The notes beneath the pieces were generated by a model. That model did not search any database. It saw only the letters and a list, made by a program, of their open reading frames with translations, and had not been told where the DNA came from. A program made the position numbers and the translations under genes. A stretch of 64,000 nucleotides of DNA from the human T2T-CHM13v2.0 reference genome, Homo sapiens, in NCBI RefSeq assembly GCF_009914755.1, contig NC_060928.1. One strand, given 5' to 3'. This document shows positions 42,201 through 55,842 of this stretch, one piece after another (the stretch's first letter is position 1; each line of letters opens with the position of its first letter).

Positions 42201-43084
42201 CTTTTTGTTTTTTAGATTTAATTTCTCTAATTATCTTCCTCTAAGCCCCCGCAGTCATAAGTCTGATGTTTACATATTTTCTTACGAGTGTTAACACCAA
42301 AAGGAAAATTGGGTTGTGTTTAGAAAACAGTAGTGAAAAATAGCATTTCTGTGCCAGTTTTTCAAATACTTGAAATTTGTGCAGAGAAAGTAACCTAAAA
42401 AGTATTTTAACATTTATAGATTTTGGTCAGCTTGTGATAAGCAAAGGATCATTACCTCGACCTACATGCTCTTTTTCTTCTTTGTCGTTTCCTATATCCA
42501 TATTTTCAAATGCATGTAATTTACTTCTAAAGAAACCACCTTCTAGTTTGGAAATAAAGAAAATGTGTTTTCCTGCTAGATTTGATGATATTTACAGAGA
42601 GGTCAAGCCAGTTTTATATTACCTGGACATATAACTTAGTTTTTCATGTTTTATTCATATTCAACCATGAAACAAATATGGATAATACAATGCCCAGACT
42701 TAAGAAAGCATAAAAAAACCCAAAGGATAAAAATCATATTGTAACAACTATAGTTCTCTTTAAGGAACTAGCACTATTTGGAGATGGTAATAAACATACT
42801 GGCAGAGTTTTCACCTATTCAACAATTTGCCATTATTTTTAAAGTAAATTTCACTTTACATGGTAATTATAACTCACTAGTTCTCATCATTCTAACATCA
42901 ATGTAGTCTTAAAACTGAAAGAAACCTTGAGTAACATTTGAATTGTCTGATCATTCATTAAATAAGCACAGATAGGAAAAATGAAGAAAATAAAGATAGG
43001 TAAAGTATGTTTTTAATAAATAAGGTACATTAGTGTGGGGTTTTCTTGGCAGTGTTACTTAGTATTGACTTTATGATTGTTCTA

Positions 43085-43442
<358 letters not shown>

Positions 43443-43569
43443 GTGCATGATCCTCATTTGTACACAATTCTGTAAGAGGGCTGCATGGAGAGCAACCCCC
43501 AAATAACATCTCTCATGTTAAAAAGACAGGAGGTAGCTTCTGGTTTAGTAAGTAAGGTTCTTCCAGGTC

Positions 43570-43756
43570 AATATTCTAATATTCCAATATTTAATAATAT
43601 TCTAATAGTCCAATATTAGAATATTAATAATATTCTAATAGTCCAATATTAGAATATTAATAATATTCTAATATTCTAATAATGTTCTAATATTCTAATA
43701 ATAATCTATATATAATAATATTCAAATAATAATAATATTCTAATATTCTAATATTC
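43570..43756. repeat. AT-rich minisatellite, (AATATTCT)n with a 33-bp higher-order unit
   Basis: TAATAATATTCTAATAGTCCAATATTAGAATAT starts at 43592 and 43625, with a partial copy at 43658. Confidence 0.9.
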
Positions 43757-44471
43757 CTGGGTGCATGCACTTTGTGCTCTGTGGTCTGAGATGACAGTGA
43801 AACCTTCTGTATTTATATCACATTCTGGGCAGCTGAATAGAGGATTGGACAAAGAGACAATATCAAGTGGCATGCACCGTATACCTTAAACTCTCATTAT
43901 ACTGTTAGGGTGCATTGTACTTAATTTTCGTTTTTGAGTATATTTTTGAAAATTTCTAACTTTTTACAATAATTAATATTTTTAAACTATCTTAGAGTTC
44001 TTCCAAAGAATACAGAGAAAAATTTTCCTTTGTTTTAAAGTAAAAGAATAAAACTCATTGTGTCTTAACCATATTTGTATGAGTCCACTAAATGTTATAA
44101 ATCTCAGATACCTTACAGGTTCTTATCTTATGTTTGCAATGTCTTTACACTTTTTGCTATTATCTTAAGAGTTACTGCACTACTCATCAAACATTTCAAA
44201 GTATACAAAAGACCATGGAACTATCAAAAAATGCTATATTAACATTATAATTCTTCATATTTCTTACTGAAATGCTCCAAGTATTAAATAATTATTTCAA
44301 GAATGTATAAAGAAAGCCTATTCTTAAAGTCTGCCTTTGGTTTTCATTGAATAGAATTGTGATTTCACAGATTTTTAAATTTTCCATGTATCGTAAGAAA
44401 GAGAAAAATATTGGTAAGGTTAGACTTTTTACAATCATTAAAAAATAAATGCAAAGAGACATATAAATACA

Positions 44472-44802
44472 GCTACACTATCCAATACAGTAGCCACTAA
44501 TAATAGCCACAACTAGTTATTGAGCACCAGAAATGTGCTCAAATTAATATGTAATGTAAGCGTAAACTACACACTGTATTTTGAAAAGTCAGTTTGAAAA
44601 CAAAAAAAAGTCTGAAAGCTATCTCATGATTTATATTGATTTCATGTTGAAACATCCAATATTAATACATTTTTGATATACTGAATTAAATAGAATATGT
44701 GATTAAAATTAATTTTACCTACTTTAACATTTTCAATATAGCTGTAAGAAATTCTAAAATCACATATATGGTTCACGTAATTGTATTACACAACACTGCT
44801 CT
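44472..44802. mobile_element. MER33/MER3-like hAT-Charlie MITE
   Basis: cactatccaatacagtagccac...ttgagcaccagaaatgtg...taaaatcacatatatggttcac...acaacactgctcta. Confidence 0.75.
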
Positions 44803-46961
44803 AGAATGTAACAATGATGGTGAAATTTATCGTGTATGTAGAATGTCAAATAATGACTATCAGTATTATATCTTGGCTAATTTTCTTAAACTCGAGAATC
44901 AATTTGTGAAATATAGTAAATTAAAAGATGCATAATATTCTCACCCAGTTTGTGATATGGTAGACTTTATCACACAATATATTTCTAAAATAATTTAGGC
45001 CATTCTTTTTTGGTATAAAGAAGAATGACAGTCTCCTTTTAGTTTTTATGATATTTGTGTTTCAAAGTTTGCCTGATACAAAAAGGTTTATTTTTTTAAT
45101 TAAAGTTTCTAATAAAATTGGTTTTGATTATCCCTTTATTATTACTCTAGTACATTATTAATAAAATTACTTAGAAAAATAAAAAGAGTCTATTAGAGCC
45201 AGGTGATAACTGATTATATGTATGTTTCCTAGTAACTGCAAGTTAAAGATATTTTCTAATCTTAAAAAAAATTTAAAAGATATTTTATAAAGTTTTTTTA
45301 GAGCAGATGGCACTTAACAATTTATATACTTAACTGTCCAGAACTTTGTCACTTCTAGTGGTGAAAGGGCTTCTGGGGATTGCAGTATTCATTTTGAATC
45401 ACTATGTGATTAGCTAAAACATTTTATTTCTAAAGAAGTGGAAGAAAATAGATATTGAGGAAGATGTATACTATTCCCTGCCATCATTCACATTTTTCCC
45501 TCTAATTTGGGATTAAAAGCTTTGAAAAAAAGTGCTTCAAATACTTACCATCTGCAAATATGATTTAAAGTGCACCAGGATTAAAAATGTACTACTCTTT
45601 ACTTATATTGAAAGGAAATAAATGGCTTTTCACTTTTTCTACATTCTCTAAACCTATTCTCAGGAATCCCTCTCCCACCTGGTTATTAGAGCAAAGGGAC
45701 TCTTAAACTCGTTAGTTAAGGTATCTTGATCAGTTATTGTTTCAGACAGCTTTCCTCCATTTTAACCAACCTCCTTATAGCCACCTCCTTATCCCTCTTT
45801 GTGTCTCAAAAAGGCCTTTGAGTGTGAGAAGTTCCTGTGACTCCTGATTATGGAGGAGGAGACTCCATAACATAACACAGAGGTTTTTTCTTGGTCCTTG
45901 ATTGAATTGGACTCCATTGCAAGACTGTTGGCTTGAGTAGTTTCTAAATTGCTTGCACTTAAACCTATCAAATGACCACTGATAAAAGTTTCCATTATTT
46001 TGTTGGGTGAATGCCTAGTGCTTCTTTCTGCCAAACCCAGTTTGAATTATATAGACTTTACAGACTCTTCCTCAGTTTTAGTCAGGTACTCCACCTGAAG
46101 CCTGGCTCAGGTTATCCATTCATTATCCTCTGTGACAAGGTCATCTCTTCCTTTGCATGAAGGTCCTGTGGATCTCAACTCAGCCTTGAAGCATGCTGGA
46201 AATTTGAGGATTATTTCGTCTCTGATCCTCTCAGCCTGCTATGTCATGCTGCCATTTTTAGTTTGCTTTAGTTCATCTGACTTGATTTAAGAATTTCTCT
46301 TTCATCGTCACCTCCCAGAATTCTATAGTGGATCAGGGCACAATCTCTAGAATTTTCATTTAAATTATGTTATGTTGCAATGGCTAAGATTTTGTCATGG
46401 AGGATAAGGGCTAGAACATATTTGTCTGATTATGTCAATTCCTTTCAACTATCATCTCCATTTTTCTCCCTTTACTTCTAGGAATGGAATCATTCTATTT
46501 TACTTTCTCTTTACATCTGGTACAAACATCCCCTCTGCCATCATAGCCTTTTCCTTCCCATGATTACGTTAATTTATCTCATTCCTTGCAATTAAAAAAA
46601 ATTACTGAAGAAAGCTTGTATATAGTAAAAATCTAACTATGAAATTAAAATGATTGATAATATTTTAATCCCATTATAAAATTACTTATAGTTAAATAAG
46701 ATTACAAACAACTAGGAGAAAATAAGTTTTAATTTGTGATAATAATGTTAATTACAAATTCAGCTTCATGTGGCTAAGACAAAGCGCCTTGGTGTTATTT
46801 TTTCATTGTGCTGTAACTCAAGTTTCTAATGATGTACTTACTGTTGAAATTACAAATTCTGAACAAACACACATAATTTTGCAAAGAAATAATCTAAAAT
46901 CCCGGTAGAAAGTATAAGGATGGACAAAAGACAAATTATCATGCATATGAAAAAAAAATAA

Positions 46962-47270
46962 GGCCAAGCACCATGGCCCAAGCCTATAATCCCAGGACTT
47001 GGCACGCCAAGATGGGCAGATTGCTTACGCCCAGGAGTTCGAGACCAGCCAGGGCAAAAAGGTGAAACTCTGTCTCTACAAAAATATAGAAAAAAAATTT
47101 AGCCGGGTGTGGTGGTGCACGCACGTAGTCCCAGCTACTCAGGAGGCTGAGGTGGGAGAATCGCTGGAGCCAGGGAAGTGGAGGTTGCAGATCACACTGC
47201 TGCACTCCGTCCAGCCTAGGAGATAGAGTGAGACCCTCTCTCAAAACAAACAAACAACAACAACAACAAA
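46962..47270 (+). mobile_element. AluJ (Jb-like)
   Basis: Diverged dimer with gcccaggagttcgagacc, tgagaccctctctc and an (AAC)n tail. Confidence 0.9.
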
Positions 47271-47544
47271 TTCAATTTTTAAATAAATTAGGATATATAT
47301 TCTCTTTAAAATATTTATTCTATAGTACTAGAGGATACTTCAAAAACTTAAATTAGACATTAAAATATGTAAGAGGTAAAAGAATAGAAACAATTTAAGA
47401 CTGGGATCTGAGGAATATACTGAAGTAGGGAGAGACCTGAGGTACAATACATACTTAATGGAGTAGCTAAAGATTAGGTAATAGAAACTGAATTAAAGCA
47501 GTAGCAGCAGACACTAGCAATGTATTTAAGAAATTGAATGCTGC

Positions 47545-47800
47545 AGTAGGTGAAGTGGAAAGAACATGGGTAATAGCGTCAGCCATACCTGTGACTGAAA
47601 CCCACACCTATTTACTACTTATTTGACCCTTTGTAATTTCTTTAATCTTTGTTCCCTATTTTATTTCTTTTTTTCTATTCAAACACGAGAATAAAAATAA
47701 CTGACAGAACTATTGTAAAGATTAAGAAAAATTAAATGAGAAAATGTAAGTGCAATATCTAGAAATTTACAGAACCCAAAACGTTTTAAGTACTGGTAGT
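47545..47800 (+). mobile_element. MIR fragment
   Basis: gtggaaagaacatggg...tcagccatacctg...tttgaccctt...ttgtaaagattaa matches the MIR pattern. Confidence 0.55.
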
Positions 47801-48306
47801 ACTAGGTAATTGAATGGAAATGAAAAAGGGAATACATTTGTGGATACAAAATTTAGGCACTAGGAGAATATTGGTATTATCATGAATCATGAAGAGTAAA
47901 CAAACTTTGGAGGTGGAAGCAGGCAAACCAGGAGCCGAAATATCCATTACTCCCCTCTAGGCTGGATCCCAAACCAGAAATGGGTTTGTGAGGCTTTATG
48001 CCATTTGCAAGCCTTTTTATTTGCTTTCATCTCACCTAGAACAGGAATAGACATGGTCTTCTGCTGTTTGATTGTGTGCAGCTTCTTGATGAATGCCAGA
48101 AAACAAATTTGCCAAAGTATAATAGTTTGCTCTCAGGCAAAGAGAGCTCAGAAAGTAGAGAGAGAAGGATGTAGCTTTTATAAAAAGCTTTAAATGGATG
48201 TATTGACTAATTCTAGTTAATTTTAGATCACTTCACAGATAAAAAACCTGGGTCTATTCCTTGATACATTGACATTGTTATGCAACTTTAGAAAATATGC
48301 TTCAGA

Positions 48307-48614
48307 GGCCAGGCGTGGTAGCTCACGCCTGTAATCCCCCCCAGCACTTTGGGAGGCTGAGGTGGGCAGATCACGAGATCAGGAGATCAAGACCATCCTG
48401 GCTAACACGGTGAAACCCTGTCTCTACTAAAAATACAAAAAATTAGCCGGGCTTGGTGGCATGCGCCTGCAGTCCCAGCTACTCAGGAGGCTGAGGCAGG
48501 AGAATCGCTTGAACCAGGAGGCAGAGATTGCAGTGAGCCGAGATTGCGCAACTGCACTCCAGCCTAGGTGACAGAGCGAGACTCCATCTCAAAAAACCAA
48601 ACCAAACCAAAAAA
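48307..48614 (+). mobile_element. AluSc8/AluY-like
   Basis: Full dimer with (AAACC)n tail. TSD ATGCTTCAGA at 48297-48306 and 48615-48624. Confidence 0.93.
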
Positions 48615-49409
48615 ATGCTTCAGAAAAATGTCGTAGGTTTTTCTGTGTTATTCCATGGATTGATTGCTATTGTCCACTATTACTGCTCTAATTCAAGTTC
48701 TGACTACCTAATGTTTAAATAGTCCCTGAAGTATACATTTTACCTCAGGTCTCTCCTTCGCTCTTTCAGTTTTTATATAGTTCTGAAAACCTGAAGAAAG
48801 GCCATATATAGTTTTTCTGATAAAAGCAGCATCCCTCGTATCTGGAAAATTCTCCCAACCATTTGGTTCAAATGGGAGCTTTTACCTTCTTAGAATCCTC
48901 TGTCTTGGAAATAAGAACTTAATCTAAGCTATGCTTAGGCCAGACACAGACGTCTGACTCAAAGTGGGCAAATCAACGCCCATTCCCAGGCTAGTGACCT
49001 GTGCTTCCTTTTTAGTAGTGAAGATACGAGGAACTAGAGCTTGTGCTAGTCCTGGCCATTGTTGTTTTAAAGAAGCTGATCTGGTCTACATATAAAAGAA
49101 GGATCATACAGAAATGACAGACAAAGGAGTGCAGTGAAAGGAAAAACGAGATGGGTGAGGGACAAATAAATGAGAAAGAGAAAGAAAGATGATCAGAGCG
49201 ATGGATGGAGAGGAAAGGATGGAGGGAAAGAGAATGGGGATAGGGAAGAGAGATGGTTCAGTGAAATTTCCTTTTTCCCCTAAGAATTTTTCTAGTTAGG
49301 TTTATCTAATTTGTAATTGAGTAAGTTTTCACAATTACATCTCAAATTTTCTGGAATTTATATCAATATTTCCACAGTGCTCTTAATAATTTTTTTCTCT
49401 TTTTCTTCT

Positions 49410-49572
49410 TTTCTTTTTAATTTTTTTTGAGACAGGGTCTCACTTTGTCGCCCAGGCTGGGGTGCAGTGGTGTGATCATGGCTCACTGCAATGTTAACCT
49501 CCAAGCTTAAGGATTTGCCTTAGCCTCCAGAGAAGCTAGAACCACAGGTTCCAACCATCACGTTCCACTAAT

Positions 49573-49605
<33 letters not shown>

Positions 49606-49732
49606 TGTTGTAGAGACAATGACTTAGTATGCTGCCTAGGCTGATCTTGAACTCCTAGGTTCAAGCAAGCAGTCCACCTGTTTTGGACTCTCAACACGCT
49701 GAGATTATAGGCATGAGCCACCGCACCTGACC
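49410..49732 (-). mobile_element. AluJ-like
   Basis: gagacagggtctcactttgtcgcccagg and gatcatggctcactgca, with a (TTTTG)n-expanded middle linker. Confidence 0.9.
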
Positions 49733-49875
49733 TATGATGTTTAAATAACAGTTTCACTAGCATGTTATTTTGTGAGATTTATATACTGTTTTTATTTTCA
49801 AATCAAATTTATACTTTAGTCACAAAGAATTACTGAGCACTGATCTCAAATATTTTTTACCTTCACAAAATTTCA

Positions 49876-50176
<301 letters not shown>

Positions 50177-51034
50177 TTATTATGTGAATAAAGAATTTTT
50201 CACCTTAAATATCTGACCCAGGACCTGCAATTTGAAAACAAATTGAAATAATAATATTGCTGAAAACTTTCTCTCTCTCTCCTTTTATGTAATACCCCAT
50301 CTTAATATTTTCTAACTGTAACTTTCCAATACTTTGATTCTTATATTCTTGATCTAACTTCTAAATTTTATATTAGCAAGATCATTTAACTTACTTGTTT
50401 ACACAGACTATCATCACTTTCTTTCTGAGACTTTCAAATTAAATAGTGTCCTGTTATAGTGAATCATGCAGCAGAGTAGATTACTAACTTATATATTAAT
50501 CTCATTGAATTAGTAAAAGTATTGAACAAATGAGCAATCATATTACATGTTTTAACATTTTGTCAATTCTGTTCAAATACCTGATTATAGCATTCAAAAT
50601 GGCAAAGTTTTTAAAATGTTAAAAAGTTGTGTTACTAAGAAAAAGATATCAAATAGACTGTTTTCTATCATAATTGTAATTTTGTCACCTGCGATATGTT
50701 TTTCTCCTTCCAATGAATTGTGTCGTTTAACACATAATCATTTTAAGAACTAACAATAGAAAGAAAAGTAAAAGCCTCTCTGATTTTCAATATGGAAAAT
50801 TGTCATTGGTGATCATTCCTAATATAATACATTGGGATAGATGATAATGTTCATTATAATAAAGGTAGTATTATTGTTATTAGGGATGGTTTAATTCTTA
50901 CAAGTGAAGCATAGGTGAATAACTAAGCAACATATTTCTTCTTTGATCAAAATATTTCTTTACTTTTCATATTATTTTAGCCATTTTTTTTTCCTTTCTC
51001 CTTTCCTCCCTTTTCTCTTTTTCCTGTTCCTTCT

Positions 51035-51800
51035 TGCCTCCCACAAATGTTTATTGTGTGTTCCCTCTCTGTTTAGGACTCTGCTAGAAGGAGACAAGTA
51101 AATAAGAAATTGCAAAACGAGCCCTATTCTCTTATAGGGTAAGGACTTGGTTTTAAGATTGCACAAATTCATACATGAAAGCTTCCAAATTGTGTGTACT
51201 GGATGTCAGAAAAGGTGACCCCAGGGAAAGAAAACTGATGAATAATTAGTGCATAACAAGAAAAAAAAGGTGAGAATGGTGGAAAAATATTTCCAGAGAA
51301 GAAAATATCCTTCTGTAACGTAATGAGATGTGCTAAAACATCATGAACATGCACCTTAATGGTAATAATAATAATTCAGAAATGTACTTAGAGTGCTAAA
51401 CTGACTCTTGATCACAAAAAAACTTGTAAATCATGTTAAGAAATTTTGACTTAGAACAATTTAAGGGTTTAAACAAGAGGCTGATAGGGTCAGACTTGCT
51501 GATAATTACTTTGATAATTACTTGATAATTACTTTGGCTACTGGGTAAAGGATGGATAAAGGATGGATTGAGTGGCTGATAAGGGTTATTAGGTCCAGGG
51601 ACGCCAGTTTGAAGGATTTTGTTGTCTCACCAGTTTGTAGGTGTTACAGTGGTCAGAACAGAATAGTAGCAACAGACATTGAGAAAATAAAAGAGCATAG
51701 GAAGAAATTTTAGAGGTAAAATTAATAGAAATTAATAATTGTATTAGGAATTAAAAATGAAAACACCAATGAATCCAAAATATACACTTAAGTTACAGGG
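51035..51800 (-). mobile_element. L2 fragment
   Basis: acaaatgtttattgtgtg...ctctgctag is the reverse L2 3' end, followed by purine-rich L2-like sequence. Confidence 0.6.
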
Positions 51801-52424
51801 CCTTTCTCTGTCATAAGGAGCATTGAAGGTAAAATAGTACAGTAAATGAAGTGTGTATGAGAATTTGACAGTAAATATTTAATAAGATTTAGACAGAAGA
51901 GTAACATTGTATAGAGCATAGAGATAAGTAAAGATCCCATGTGTTGTCTGCATAGACATACATAGAATACCTAACGTCCAAGGCCTAGGCCAAGACAGGA
52001 TAGAAGAGGTCAATAGTGTTCTTAATAAAGATTTCAACTTATGTTTACATGTATATATAAAATATATATTATATATATTATTTATTATTATTATATATTA
52101 ATAATATATATTATTTTGAACTTAACTCTCGAATTAAGCCAAAACAAACTGACTATATATAATATATATTATATGTATATATCAAAATTCAGTGTCTGTT
52201 ATTAATGTTTGTTAAGTAATCGGAAACAAAACACACTGGAAACAAAACACACTGTTTCCCTCTCATGAGGGAAAACAGGCATCACAAAGCTAATCAGCCA
52301 CACTGAAGTCACACCATTGATCAAGTAACATAACCACTGAAGGTCTTTTCGTAGCACAGAATGAAACTAACAAATAGCCCTGAAAACAGGATCTTGTCAT
52401 CGATTATTGTAGTTGAAAAGGCTG

Positions 52425-52732
<308 letters not shown>

Positions 52733-54419
52733 TCACACAAGGGAATGAATCAAACTTTCTATGCAGTACCAGAATCTCTAAAGAATGTTGACAAATTGTT
52801 AGACTGTACGTGTTTTATTTCTAAAACCCAACATCTGCTACATCCAAAACTTCCTCCCAATTATAAACTGGAAATGCTACCCAAACCAAAAGTTAAATTA
52901 ATTTGGTGAAAAAAAATTGTTTTTTGATAAACTCGTGTTGACTACTGAATCAACTATGGAAGCAGTACTCAAATTACTATGGAACAGGAAAGAGAGAAAA
53001 TATAAGTTGCCATCACTTGATATGGACTTCTCTTGAGAATACAAACATGGTTCCAACAATATTTTAATGGCAAATAATGAAATATTAGATTTCATATTTA
53101 GTTTTAACCTAGTCCATCTAGAGTATTGAATACTATATGTTGTGTATAGTATAAAATACTGAACATTTGATCATTAAAGAACTCTGTAATAAATAATTTA
53201 AAAGTCAATGTTATGCTTCAATTTGTGTTAATATATGCACATTTAAATACATTTACACATCAGAAACTTTTGACATGTAAAGTAATTTAATATTAAATGA
53301 TATCATTGGGTCACAATCAAGAGAATTTACATAGTAAGTTACAAAGAGACTCATAATGAAATATACCTTCCTTAGAAGGCAGTTTTCTTAGGTCTAGGCC
53401 CTGCAGATAGCATTATAATGAGTCTCTATAACAAATATATTTTAACATAAAGTATTTGAAAAATAGACACCTTCATCCTGTTCCCAGCTGCTATATTTCA
53501 TATACTTACGGCCCTTTGGGGCTGGTGATGCACAGGTTAAGTACTGAAATCCATAACTTTATATATTTTTTAGCATCTTGTACATAAACAAAAATAAAGG
53601 TTTACAAGTCTTGCATTTTAATATTAAAGTGGTAAATTGTGAAAAAAACAAAAGTAATTCTTCATCACAAACATACATACTTTAATTTGTTCATATTTAG
53701 AGTTTAATTTGATATGCACTATAATTTATTGGTTGCTATAGATAATACTGTACAAGGAACAAAAAGATATTCTTATATTTTTTACTAGTTTTACATTAGC
53801 CTTCTTAGTTAGATGGGATTAATATTTTAGCTTCTCTTCACTTTTCATATCCAGATTCGGCAGACAATAGAATGTACATGTTAGTGTGAAAAAGGGAACT
53901 ATCTGGGTTTGAGTAAGGCTTCTATTACATTGTGTAAATGATGATAGTGAATAACTTAGACATTTGGCTCCAGCTGAAAAATATTCTTAATTCAGAAAAA
54001 TATCCAGATTTCTTAAATGTTCACCAAAATACTTTTTCTCATTTAGATAGAGGGCAAATGGCCACTATGACAATAGTGTGGGTACTGTTATCACACCCTT
54101 AACTTGCATTTAAATATCAGATCAGCTATCACGTAATAACTAATTAATGGTATACACAGTTGTCTTGATAAATAAATTATATTTCTAATATATATAAATA
54201 TAAATTATAAGATTTAATACGAATGTAAATTAATTTAATAGTAATACTAATTAAATAGTAATGCTAGCAGGCAGTTCTGCTTTCACCTTTTATATGGCTG
54301 GACTTTATTAATCTAATTATTTTAAGCTTTTCAGTTTTAATTTAGTCAAAGGATTCTTTAAAGAATTTTGGCTTAACAAATATCAATATGTTTTAGCCTT
54401 GGTAATTTTATCTAGTTTA

Positions 54420-54590
54420 TCCTTATGAAATATAAGCTATTTTAGTATCTTCACTTTAAAAGTGAAGAAACTAAAGATCAGCGAGCTTAAAGTATCTTGC
54501 CCAAGGCCACAGAACTATAAAATGGAAGATAAGACTCTAAGCATAGGCCTTTTATTCACATCCAGTACAATTTCCATAGAAATTTGACTG
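54420..54590 (-). mobile_element. MIR fragment
   Basis: gtgaagaaactaaagatcagcgagcttaaagtatcttgcccaaggccacag is the MIR core. Confidence 0.75.
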
Positions 54591-54649
54591 CCTTGGTAAA
54601 GTAATTCATTTTTGTGATAGTCATATTATAATTAGAATACTAACTTGTT

Positions 54650-54943
54650 GTTTTTTTTTTTTTGAGACAGAGTCTCGCTGTCGCCCAGGCTGGAATGCAG
54701 TGGCGCGATCTCGGCTCACTGCAGGCTCCGCCCCGCGGGGTTCACGCCATTCTCCTGCCTCAGCCTCCCGAGTAGCTGGGACTACAGGCGCCCGCCACCT
54801 CGCCTGGCTAATTTTTTGTATTTTTAGTAGAGACGGGGTTTCACCGTGTTAGCCAGGATGGTCTCGATCTCCTGACCTCGTGATCCGCCCGCCTCAGCCT
54901 CCCAAAGTGCTGGGATTACAGGCATGAGCCACCGCGCCTGGCC
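54650..54943 (-). mobile_element. Young AluY (AluYe-like)
   Basis: Most CpGs retained. 2-bp deletion gtctcgctgtcgcc and the gcaggctccgcccc variant. Perfect 16-bp TSD AGAATACTAACTTGTT at 54634-54649 and 54944-54959. Confidence 0.95.
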
Positions 54944-55500
54944 AGAATACTAACTTGTTAACTTATTTTAAATGGTAACATCAAGTGAAACAAAATACTG
55001 ATAGCTAATGAGTTCTTTCTTTCCCTGCTAAAGACCATATTTCTTTCTTTTAATGACTATCAAGTGTTAAGTTTCAAAAGATGCTTTCATGAGACTATAG
55101 CAACTTAAATTTTCATTTTTTTCTCATGCAGATATAAGTGCAAAATCAGGCCTATATATAGTGTACTGTCCTTAATAAATTGGTGTAACATTTAAGGTGG
55201 CTTAAGTTTCTGTTCAACTTAATTTTTTTTTAAGTAACGCTTGCACATTGATCAAAATTCCTTCTTACCTCCACTTCTCTCGAACTCCAACTTTTGGACA
55301 TTCCTATTAAAAAGCTGCTGATAGATCTTTAGTATAATTGGAAAATTTTAAATAACTTAAAAAAATCCAAAACAATAGCTGAACAACCAAAATAAATTCA
55401 CAAGAGATTAACAACTCAATCAGCTATTGTTAAACACCAATATATAATTCTGGAAACAATGAAAAAGAAGGCCACAATTCTAACAGCTAGGGAATAATCT

Positions 55501-55842
55501 TGAGAACCCAGAAAATCGGAGACAGATCTCAGTTAATTTAAAAGTTTATTTTGACAAAGTTGAGGACACACCCATGACAGCCTCAGGAAATCCTGATGAC
55601 ATGTGCCCAAGGTAGTCGGGGCACAGTTTGGTTTTGTATATTTTAGGCAGACATGAAATATCAATCAATATATGTAAGGAGTCCATTATTTCTGTCCAGA
55701 AAAACAGAAACAACTTAAAGCAAGCCCAATCAGAATATGCATCTATCTCTGTGAGCAGAGGGATTACATTGAATAGAATGCAAGGGAGATTTGCCCTGAG
55801 TGGTTTCCAGCTTGAAGGGGCCCAAGATATTTTCTTTTCACA
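55501..55842 (-). mobile_element. MER4 (MER4A-like) 3' LTR
   Basis: Direct repeat of 61273-61673. Followed on + by tttcccccctttt, which is the PPT on the minus strand. Confidence 0.88.

Noticed and set aside
52050-52185. TA-rich quasi-palindromic tract
   Set aside because: Ordinary low-complexity (TA)n-like sequence without a defined unit or long perfect stem.
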